Assembly (NCBI GenBank): GCA_016193285.1
Contig: JACPSL010000018.1
Location: forward strand, 91,535 to 155,534
Reading direction: 5' to 3'
Length of the DNA: 64,000 nt
DNA from: Candidatus Melainabacteria bacterium
GTDB lineage: Bacteria; Cyanobacteriota; Vampirovibrionia; 2-02-FULL-35-15
Numbering within the stretch: the first letter of the stretch is position 1; the number at the start of each line of letters is the position of its first letter. The notes beneath the pieces were generated by a model that ran no database searches, was not told the DNA's origin, and worked only from the letters and a program-made list of their open reading frames with translations. Position numbers and translations under genes: made by a program. This document shows, piece after piece, positions 56,697-64,000 of the stretch.

Positions 56697-58721
56697 TCAC
56701 GTTTTTGTTTTTGATAATTCTTTTAAAGTGTGCAACTCGTCGCGTAACTTTGCTGCTCTTTCAAAGTCTAATAATAGCGCTGCGTTTTTCATTTGTTGTT
56801 CTACTTTTTTTAATACTCTTGGAAGTTCTTTAAGATCAAGCTTTTCATATGCAAGTTCATCAGCTACTATTTCTTCTATATCTTTGTTTGTGCGCAATGA
56901 TTCAAGTAGTGGATTTGCATGACTTTTAACAATTGTTTTTGGTGTAATATTATGTTCTTTATTAAACTCTGTTTGTAATTTTCTTCTTCGTTCTGTTTCA
57001 TCAATTGCTTTTTTCATTGAGTCTGTAGTTTTATCAGCATAAAAAATTACTTTTCCTGCTGCATTCCTTGCAGCTCTTCCAATCATTTGAATAAGTGCTC
57101 TCTCTGCCCTAAGAAATCCTTCTTTATCAGCATCCATAATACATACAAGAGAAACTTCAGGTAAGTCTAAACCTTCCCGTAAAAGATTTACACCAACCAA
57201 CACATCAAATTCACCTAACCTTAAGTCTCTTAGAATTTCTATTCTGTCTAAAGCAACAATCTCACTATGTAGCCACCGGACTTTTAAATTTGAGCCAGCA
57301 AGATATGCTGTTAAATCTTCAGCCATTCTTTTTGTAAGAGTTGAAATTAGTATTCTTTCTTTTTTTAAAGTCCTGATTTTTATTTCATGAATTAAATCAT
57401 CAATTTGTCCATTAGTTGGTCTTATTTCAATTTCTGGATCAACTAATCCAGTTGGTCTGATAATTTGTTCAACTATTTGCTCACTTATTTTTAATTCATA
57501 ATCTCCTGGTGTTGCACTGACAAAAATTGTTTGTGGAATCCTTGACCAGAATTCATCAGGCTTTAATGGCCTGTTATCCTTTGCACAAGGCAATCTAAAA
57601 CCATATTCAACTAATGTATTTTTCCTGGAAGCATCACCATGATACATTCCTCCAATTTGAGGTATTGTTACATGTGATTCATCAATAAAACATAACCAGC
57701 CATCTTTTCCATATCTTCTATTAAAATAATCAACTAACACTGTTGGCGGCTGACCTGGTTCTCGTCCTTCTAAAATCCTTGAGTAATTTTCTATCCCTGT
57801 GCAGTAACCAACTTCTTTTAACATTTCAAGATCAAACTTTGTTCTTTGCCAGAGTCTTGCTGCTTCGAGATCCTTTCCTTGAGATTTCAAATCTTCATAT
57901 CTTTCTTTTAATTCTTCATTAATTTGCTTGCAAGCTGATTCAATACTTTCTTCATCTGCCACATAGTGTTTTGCTGGATAAATTTTAATTTCAGGAATTG
58001 TTGATTTTACTTCTCCAGAAACTGGATCAATCATCGATAGATTTTCTATCTCATCTCCAAAGAAATCTATTCTTAGAATTTCTTCTTCATATATTGGGAA
58101 AATATCAAGTATTTCTCCACGTACTTTAAATTTTCCACGTGTGAATTCTATATCATTTCTTTCATAGTAAATATTTACTAAACCACGAACCAATTTCTCG
58201 CGATTAATTTCTTGTCCTTTTTTAATTTCTATAGCTGAATCATAATACAGCTCTGGGGTTCCAAGCCCATATATGCAGCTAACGGATGCAACTGTTATCA
58301 TGTCATCTCTTTCAAATATTGAGCGTGTTGTGGAGTGGCGAAGTCTGTCAATCTCATCATTTACACTTGCAACTTTTTCTATATAAGTATCTGTTTGAGG
58401 GATATATGACTCAGGCTGATAATAGTCATAGTAACTTATAAAATACTCAACTGCATTATTAGGAAGAAATTCTCTAAACTCGTTACAAAGTTGTGCTGCA
58501 AGAGTTTTATTGTGAGCAATTACAAGTGCAGGCTTTTGAACTTTTGCAATTATATTTGCAACTGTAAAAGTTTTTCCAGAGCCAGTTACACCAAGTAATG
58601 TTTGATACTTACAACCTTTTTTAATTCCTTCTTCTAGTTCTTTAATGGCCTTTGGTTGATCACCAGCTGGCTTAAAAGGAGCCACGATCTCAAATCTTGA
58701 AGTCTTAGTTGTCATAATCAA
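56697..58721 (-). CDS. uvrB: Excinuclease ABC subunit B.
   Basis: GVTGSGKTFT Walker A, helicase motifs, and a C-terminal UVR domain. Confidence 0.9.
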   Translation of the reverse strand: MIMTTKTSRFEIVAPFKPAGDQPKAIKELEEGIKKGCKYQTLLGVTGSGKTFTVANIIAKVQKPALVIAHNKTLAAQLCNEFREFLPNNAVEYFISYYDYYQPESYIPQTDTYIEKVASVNDEIDRLRHSTTRSIFERDDMITVASVSCIYGLGTPELYYDSAIEIKKGQEINREKLVRGLVNIYYERNDIEFTRGKFKVRGEILDIFPIYEEEILRIDFFGDEIENLSMIDPVSGEVKSTIPEIKIYPAKHYVADEESIESACKQINEELKERYEDLKSQGKDLEAARLWQRTKFDLEMLKEVGYCTGIENYSRILEGREPGQPPTVLVDYFNRRYGKDGWLCFIDESHVTIPQIGGMYHGDASRKNTLVEYGFRLPCAKDNRPLKPDEFWSRIPQTIFVSATPGDYELKISEQIVEQIIRPTGLVDPEIEIRPTNGQIDDLIHEIKIRTLKKERILISTLTKRMAEDLTAYLAGSNLKVRWLHSEIVALDRIEILRDLRLGEFDVLVGVNLLREGLDLPEVSLVCIMDADKEGFLRAERALIQMIGRAARNAAGKVIFYADKTTDSMKKAIDETERRRKLQTEFNKEHNITPKTIVKSHANPLLESLRTNKDIEEIVADELAYEKLDLKELPRVLKKVEQQMKNAALLLDFERAAKLRDELHTLKELSKTKT

Positions 58722-58776
58722 TATAATATTACCCTGAGAAAAGATGAGGGATGAGTGATAAGGTAATATATTACAT

Positions 58777-59700
58777 ATGCCAATTGAAACAAAACCATTA
58801 TCTGAAGCTACATGTAGAGAAGATCTTAAAAAGGTTTGTAACTTGGCCTACAAAAGAGGTTTAGTTTCTGGAATGGAAGGTAATTTTTCTTTAAAAATTA
58901 ACAATGAATTAATTTTAGTTACTCCAAGAAATACTCATAAAGGACTTATTGAAGTATCTGATTTTGTAGTTGTTGACATGAATGGAAACATTATTTCCAA
59001 TGGTAGTAGAGAACTAACTAGTGAACTATCTTTACATCTTGAAGCATATAAGAAGAGAACAGATATCAAAGCAGTTGTTCATGCTCATCCACCTGCTACA
59101 GTTTCTTTTTCAGTTGCTGGTATAGATTTTAATCAACCAGTCATTCCAGAAACAATTGTCCTTCTTGGAGAAATACCTACTGTTCCTTATAGAGAGCCTG
59201 GAACAAATAAGCTGGGAGAACTAGTTGGAGTTTATATTGAAAAACATGATGCAGTTATTTTAGAAAGGCACGGAGTAGTTACAGTTGGAAAAGATATTTT
59301 TAATGCTTATTGTAAGCTAGAGTCTTTAGAACATGCTGCAAAAATAATGTACTTTGCACATACACTTGGCGATATTAAAACTTTAGATGAAGTAGATGTT
59401 AATGAGCTTATAAAACAAAGACATGAAACTTATGGAAAAGAATTAGAAGACAGGGAAGGTAAAAAACTTTTTCAATCTTCATTACAAACATTTAAACTTA
59501 AAAATCTCTTAAAGAAACTTACAGATGGAAATTCTCCCCTTTTCCAAAGGCTTTTAAATCTATCTAATGAATTAATGCTAGCTACTTTACAACGTACAAA
59601 TTATTCCCAAAAACTAACAAGTGATGAAAAAGAACAGCTTGCAAGAGAACTAACAGCATCCTCCTTAAGTATGATATTAGGACGATTTACAAAGACATGA
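58777..59700 (+). CDS. Class II aldolase/adducin-family protein (fuculose-phosphate-aldolase-like) with an approximately 90-aa C-terminal extension.
   Basis: Metal-binding His pattern AVVHAHPP...HG and the class II aldolase fold pattern. Confidence 0.55.
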   Translation: MPIETKPLSEATCREDLKKVCNLAYKRGLVSGMEGNFSLKINNELILVTPRNTHKGLIEVSDFVVVDMNGNIISNGSRELTSELSLHLEAYKKRTDIKAVVHAHPPATVSFSVAGIDFNQPVIPETIVLLGEIPTVPYREPGTNKLGELVGVYIEKHDAVILERHGVVTVGKDIFNAYCKLESLEHAAKIMYFAHTLGDIKTLDEVDVNELIKQRHETYGKELEDREGKKLFQSSLQTFKLKNLLKKLTDGNSPLFQRLLNLSNELMLATLQRTNYSQKLTSDEKEQLARELTASSLSMILGRFTKT

Positions 59701-59723
59701 CATGATAAAATCAAAGTTGAATT

Positions 59724-61031
59724 ATGCTTCTTACAAAAGAATTTCAAGATTTAACTCTTAAAAAGAAAAAGATTGAAAACCCAGCTTTAAAAGATCTTTA
59801 TTTATTTACTGTAAGTCACAAAACAGCTCCAATTCCAATTCGAGAAAAATTTGCTATACCAGAATGTTCCTTAAAAGAAACTTATCAAAATCCTAAAAAA
59901 TATAAATCATTAAAAGCTTTTTTAATTCTTAGTACCTGTAGCAGAACCGAGATTTATTTTGTCTCTGACAATTTAGAACAATCCATTAATGAAATCTACA
60001 TTTTTTTAAATGCTAGTTTAAATATTGAACAAAGGGTTGCTAAGGAATACAGCTCTGTAATTTCTAATATTGAAGTAATTAATCATGCATTTAAGCTAGC
60101 AAGTGGTTTAGATAGTTTAGTAATAGGTGAAAAGCAAATTTTATCTCAAGTAAAAGAAGCTTATTTTTATGCTCAAAAAGAAAAGACATTAAATAAAACA
60201 CTTGAACTTTTATTCCAGAAAATTATTCAGACTGCAAAGGAAGTTCACAAAAATACAAACATTTCAAAAAGTTCACAGTCAATTAGCTCTGCTGCAGTTG
60301 AATTAGCAAATAAGATAGCTGGGCCGCTTAAAACAAAACAAGTGATGGTTTTAGGTGCAGGACGCATGGCAAAACTAGTACTTGAACACATCCTAAAAAT
60401 CAGTGGTTCAAAAGAAACAGTTGTATTGAATAAATCACCTCACAGGATTATAGAATTTCCCTATAAGTATAAAATCGACAGATCAGTCCCTTTTGAAAAT
60501 GTTTATGAAACCATGAATGATGTAGACATTGTAATTGCAGCAACAGGTGCACCTCATTTTATAATTTTTGCAGAGCAGTTTAACAAGGTAAGAAAAAATC
60601 AAAATAAAGAACTTTTTATTTTTGATATATCAATGCCGAGAAATATTGATTCTGAATTTGGGAAACTACCAAATGTTCATCTCTATGATATTGATAGCTT
60701 GCAAACTATTTACAATCAAACAACTACTATAAATATTAAGGATTTAAGTAAGACAGAAGAGATGATCCAAGAAGGAAAAAATAAATTTATTGAGCAGATT
60801 TCAAATCAAAGTGTTCAATTATTAATTAAAGAGCTAAAAGAAAAAGTTGAGAAAATAAGAACAGAAAAACTTATGAAATTTAATAGCAGCAAGTCTACTT
60901 TTACTGCCAAGGAAGTGGAATATATTACAAGGAATATTATTAACAGTATATTCCATACACCAATTACAAATTTAAAAGATTCAACAGGTTCAATAGAGTT
61001 AAAAATAGTAAAAAAATTATTTGATATTTAG
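59724..61031 (+). CDS. hemA: Glutamyl-tRNA reductase.
   Basis: STCSRTEIY active-site Cys motif and the NADPH-binding VLGAGRMAKLV. Confidence 0.8.
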   Translation: MLLTKEFQDLTLKKKKIENPALKDLYLFTVSHKTAPIPIREKFAIPECSLKETYQNPKKYKSLKAFLILSTCSRTEIYFVSDNLEQSINEIYIFLNASLNIEQRVAKEYSSVISNIEVINHAFKLASGLDSLVIGEKQILSQVKEAYFYAQKEKTLNKTLELLFQKIIQTAKEVHKNTNISKSSQSISSAAVELANKIAGPLKTKQVMVLGAGRMAKLVLEHILKISGSKETVVLNKSPHRIIEFPYKYKIDRSVPFENVYETMNDVDIVIAATGAPHFIIFAEQFNKVRKNQNKELFIFDISMPRNIDSEFGKLPNVHLYDIDSLQTIYNQTTTINIKDLSKTEEMIQEGKNKFIEQISNQSVQLLIKELKEKVEKIRTEKLMKFNSSKSTFTAKEVEYITRNIINSIFHTPITNLKDSTGSIELKIVKKLFDI

Positions 61032-61050
61032 TGTTTCTACCTAGAGACTC

Positions 61051-62013
61051 GTGACTGTAAAATCAAAATTAATAATTGGTACCCGCTCTAGCAAGCTTGC
61101 TTGTTGGCAAGCAAATTATGTAAAAGACAAGCTATTAAGATTTTATCCAGAGCTTGAAATTAATTTAAAAGAAATAAAAACAAAAGGTGATCATATTACT
61201 GATGTTGCTCTTTCAAAAGTTGGTGGGAAAGGATTTTTTACAAAAGAAATTGAAGATGCACTTCTTAAAAAAGAAATTGATTTAGCAGTGCATAGCTTAA
61301 AAGATCTGCCAACAAAATTACCAAGCGGACTAAAAATAGGAGCCGTATTAAAAAGAGAGAGTCCACATGATGTATTGATTACAAGGGGTCTGACCCCATT
61401 AAGGGGTCTGCCCCCTTGGGCAAAAATAGGTACTTCAAGCCTTCGTAGAATTGCTCAACTAAAGGCGTTGCGACCTGATTTGGAGTACATTGACCTTCGT
61501 GGAAATCTCGATACAAGGATTAGAAAGCTTGAAGAAGGAAAACATGATGGAATAGTCCTAGCTTACAGCGGGGTAAAACGATTAGGTTTTGAAAACAAGA
61601 TTACTGAACATTTTAACCCAAAAGAAATTTTGCCTGCTATTGGACAAGGAGCACTAGCAATTGAAATCAGAGAAGAAAGAGTAGTAGAAGAACTAATTTC
61701 TAAACTCAATGATCAAGAAACATATTTAAGTTCAATTGTAGAGCGAGCATTTTTAGAAACCTTGCAAGGTGGTTGTCAAGTACCGATTGGCGCTTATTCA
61801 GAAATTGCAAATAATAAAATTACTTTATATGGAATGATTGCAAGTCTGGATGGAAAAAAAATAGTCAAAGACCATAGACTAGAGACCATAGACTATAGAC
61901 TAGAACTAAGAGAACAAAATATAGAGGGTTGTTATAGACTTGGGAAAGAATTAGCAGAAAGGTTACTGCAATTAGGTGGAAAAGAAATTCTTCAAGAGAT
62001 TGTAAGGGTGTGA
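61051..62013 (+). CDS. hemC: Porphobilinogen deaminase (hydroxymethylbilane synthase).
   Basis: IGTRSSKLACWQA, GGKGFFTKEIE, and the cofactor-binding Cys region GGCQVPIG. Confidence 0.85.
   Translation: MTVKSKLIIGTRSSKLACWQANYVKDKLLRFYPELEINLKEIKTKGDHITDVALSKVGGKGFFTKEIEDALLKKEIDLAVHSLKDLPTKLPSGLKIGAVLKRESPHDVLITRGLTPLRGLPPWAKIGTSSLRRIAQLKALRPDLEYIDLRGNLDTRIRKLEEGKHDGIVLAYSGVKRLGFENKITEHFNPKEILPAIGQGALAIEIREERVVEELISKLNDQETYLSSIVERAFLETLQGGCQVPIGAYSEIANNKITLYGMIASLDGKKIVKDHRLETIDYRLELREQNIEGCYRLGKELAERLLQLGGKEILQEIVRV
61869..61910. repeat. Six tandem heptamers (AGACCAT AGACTAG AGACCAT AGACTAT AGACTAG AACTAAG) inserted in frame in hemC (encodes approximately [14 protein letters not shown]).
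   Basis: Direct reading. The units are the same as in the hairpin at 43232-43296. 42 bp equals 14 codons. Confidence 0.85.
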
Positions 62014-62025
62014 TATTGTAGTTAT

Positions 62026-63588
62026 ATGGAACATGGAAAACAAAACAATTCTATTGTATACATTACAGGTGCAGGTCCCGGGGATCCTGGCTTACTAACA
62101 TTAAAGGCTAAAGAAATTATTGAAAGAGCAGATGTTATTGCTTATGATAACTTAGTTTCAAAAGAAATCTTAGAACTTGCCTTGTTTTTAAATAAGGGTG
62201 TAAAAATTGTTTACGTAGGCAAGGTTGGTTATAAGCAAGAAGAGTCAGTTAATCAAGAAAAAATAAATAATCTTTTACTTGAGCTATCTAAGGATTACAA
62301 AATTATTTGCCGTTTAAAAGGTGGCGATCCAAACGTTTTTGGTCGTGGTGGCGAAGAAGCATTGTTCTTAAAGAAAAACAATATAAATTTTGAATTTATT
62401 CCAGGAGTGTCTAGTATTTCTGCTGTTCCTGCTTATAGTGGAATACCTTTAACTCATAGGGATTGTAGTAGCTCTTTTACTGTCATATCTGCTCATGAAG
62501 ATCCATTTGATTTAAATAATTCAATTAACTGGAAAGACTTTGAAGTTGTTAACAATACTCTTGTACTTTTAATGGGGGTTAAGAATCTGCCTAAGATAGC
62601 TGAAAAACTAGTTTCTTTAGGACGTTCTAAAGATACTCCTGTTGCAATAATTTATTGGGGTACGACAAATAAGCAAAAATCAGTTCTTACTACTTTGCAA
62701 GATGTTTCTTATAACATAAAAAGGTATGAGGTTAAAGCCCCTTCAGTGATTATAATTGGTAAGGTAGTTAATTATAAAAGTATATTAGACTGGTTTGAGA
62801 CAAAAACATTGTTTGGGAAAAAGATTTTAATTACAAGATCAAAAGAGCAATCTTTTTCTTTTGTTTCCAAACTACTTGATATGGGCACAAAGCCAATTAA
62901 TTGTCCTATTGTTAGTTATGAAATTGTTGAGAAAGAAATTTACAACAAAAATATTATAAATAATTTGTCAAAGTTTAATTGGATATTTTTTACAAGTCAA
63001 AATGCAGTAAGGTATTTTTTTGAAATTTTAAATAAGAATTATTTTGATTCTAGAGTTCTTGCAAATAATGAAATAGCTGCTGTTGGTTATAAAACAAAAT
63101 TAGAATTAGAGAAACATAATATTAAGCCAGACTTTGTACCAAAGAGGTTTTCATTTGATGATTTAATTAATGAATTATCAGAAAGAATAAATTTAAAAGA
63201 TAAAAAGATTTTACATCCAACGCAGGTAGAGACGTTGCGTGCAACGTCTCTACAGATAACCCATTGGCCAATTTACGAGGCAAATTTTGTAAATGAGTTA
63301 GACCAAGAAATAATAAATCAAATTAAAGAAGGGATAGACGTTATTACTTTTTTTAGTTCAAGTACAGCAAGACATTTTGCAAAATTAATTGAAAAATATG
63401 ATGTAGAGATACGATTAATCGCGTCTCTAACAGCAACAATTGGGGATAAAACCTCAGATACAGTCAAACAATTATTTGGTAAAGTTGATATTATTGCAGA
63501 TCCTTTTACAGAAGATGGTTTAATTAATTCAATGGAAAAATATTATGCAAGATCAAATTCTAAAATCAAGACCAAGACGACTGCGTAA
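62026..63588 (+). CDS. Bifunctional uroporphyrinogen-III C-methyltransferase / uroporphyrinogen-III synthase (CobA-HemD fusion).
   Basis: N-terminal half has IVYITGAGPGDPGLLTLKA (SUMT motif). C-terminal half has the HemD-like fold. 520 aa. Confidence 0.8.
   Translation: MEHGKQNNSIVYITGAGPGDPGLLTLKAKEIIERADVIAYDNLVSKEILELALFLNKGVKIVYVGKVGYKQEESVNQEKINNLLLELSKDYKIICRLKGGDPNVFGRGGEEALFLKKNNINFEFIPGVSSISAVPAYSGIPLTHRDCSSSFTVISAHEDPFDLNNSINWKDFEVVNNTLVLLMGVKNLPKIAEKLVSLGRSKDTPVAIIYWGTTNKQKSVLTTLQDVSYNIKRYEVKAPSVIIIGKVVNYKSILDWFETKTLFGKKILITRSKEQSFSFVSKLLDMGTKPINCPIVSYEIVEKEIYNKNIINNLSKFNWIFFTSQNAVRYFFEILNKNYFDSRVLANNEIAAVGYKTKLELEKHNIKPDFVPKRFSFDDLINELSERINLKDKKILHPTQVETLRATSLQITHWPIYEANFVNELDQEIINQIKEGIDVITFFSSSTARHFAKLIEKYDVEIRLIASLTATIGDKTSDTVKQLFGKVDIIADPFTEDGLINSMEKYYARSNSKIKTKTTA
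63226..63253. repeat. Palindrome GTAGAGACGTTGC-GT-GCAACGTCTCTAC in frame in cobA/hemD (encodes VETLRATSLQ).
   Basis: Direct reading. The offset is 1200 from the CDS start. Confidence 0.85.
63403..63431. repeat. Degenerate copy GTAGAGATACG-ATTAAT-CGCGTCTCTAAC of the same palindrome family, in frame in cobA/hemD (encodes VEIRLIASLT).
   Basis: Direct reading. The offset is 1377 from the CDS start. Confidence 0.7.
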
Positions 63589-64000
63589 AAGTGAGGTAAT
63601 TAGAAACCTTGTTCAGGAGACAATTTTATCTCCAGTACAATTCATAGCCCCAGTCTTTATTCATGAAGGCAATGAGCCTGAAATTAAAATAAATTCTATG
63701 CCGGGGATTTATCAATTTTCTGTAGACAGAACCTTGAAATATGTAGAAGAACTTTTAGAAAATAAAATTAAATCAATAATTATTTTTGGCATACCAAGAA
63801 ATAAAGATAACCAAGCTTCATCTGCTTGGAATGAAAATGGAGTAGTCCAAAAGGCAAATAAAAAAATTAAAGAACACTTTCCAGAAATCTTACTTGTAAA
63901 TGATACTTGTCTTTGTGAATATATGGAGCATGGACATTGTGGAGTTGTAGAGACGCGGTTAACCACGTCTCTACAGAATATAACAATTTCAAATGATCTT
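63545..64000 (+). CDS. hemB: Porphobilinogen synthase (delta-aminolevulinate dehydratase), N-terminal part. The gene continues past the window end.
   Basis: Manual translation MQDQILKSRPRRLRKSEVIRNLVQETILSPVQFIAPVFIHEG...NDTCLCEYMEHGHCG with the Zn-binding CxCx7C region. It overlaps the cobA/hemD 3' end. It is not in the ORF track because there is no stop in the window. Confidence 0.8.
   Translation, partial: MQDQILKSRPRRLRKSEVIRNLVQETILSPVQFIAPVFIHEGNEPEIKINSMPGIYQFSVDRTLKYVEELLENKIKSIIIFGIPRNKDNQASSAWNENGVVQKANKKIKEHFPEILLVNDTCLCEYMEHGHCGVVETRLTTSLQNITISNDL
63947..63974. repeat. Palindrome GTAGAGACGCGG-TTAA-CCACGTCTCTAC in frame in hemB, immediately after the HGHCG active-site motif (encodes VETRLTTSLQ).
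   Basis: Direct reading. The offset is 402 from the hemB ATG. Confidence 0.85.

Noticed and set aside
49365-63974. GTAGAGACG palindromes as a CRISPR array or restriction-site artefact.
   Set aside because: The copies are kilobases apart and irregularly spaced, lie inside ORFs, and have no cas genes. CGTCTC is a type IIS recognition site, but the extended 13-bp arms and in-frame phase argue for a proliferating repeat element.

Overview
AT-rich bacterial chromosomal segment, roughly one-third GC by eye, densely packed with about 60 genes. A speculative phylogenetic guess is a non-photosynthetic cyanobacteria-related diderm (Melainabacteria/Vampirovibrionia-like). This rests on the plastid/cyanobacterial-type ndhA-ndhI-ndhG-ndhE gene order, a c-type cytochrome, Tat, and STRR-like heptanucleotide repeats, and it cannot be confirmed without a database search. 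Housekeeping content: TatA; reverse-transsulfuration enzymes (cystathionine beta-synthase and gamma-lyase); serA; rplI; tmk; infC; ispH; ilvD/ilvE; a class A penicillin-binding protein; lipA; uvrB; a heme cluster hemA-hemC-cobA/hemD-hemB; and tRNA-Val, tRNA-Thr and tRNA-His. Accessory content: (i) a Tad/Cpa type IVc pilus locus (tadE, tadE, tadG-vWA converging on cpaE-cpaF-tadB-tadC-cpaC) with no recognisable Flp pilin or prepilin peptidase, led by a small Cys-rich secreted peptide; (ii) a 7-kb cluster of five paralogous about 200-aa secreted beta-rich subunits plus an 888-aa outer-membrane usher-like protein and a PapD-like periplasmic chaperone, interpreted as an archaic (Csu/sigma-type, SCPU-like) chaperone-usher fimbrial system with an atypical architecture; (iii) gmd-fcl (GDP-fucose), a sulfotransferase and a Wzx flippase; (iv) a 1037-aa secreted metzincin-like protein with an about 150-residue poly-Ser stalk, inserted between the two transsulfuration genes; (v) a signal-peptide-bearing truncated hemoglobin with a Pro/Gln-rich tail. 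The most unusual sequence-level signal is a family of about 28-30-bp perfect palindromes (GTAGAGACG...CGTCTCTAC) inserted in frame, always in the same phase, into four housekeeping proteins, with degenerate copies in an intergenic region. There are also heptamer-repeat (STRR-like) hairpins, one of them inserted in frame into hemC. No transposase, integrase or CRISPR was seen.
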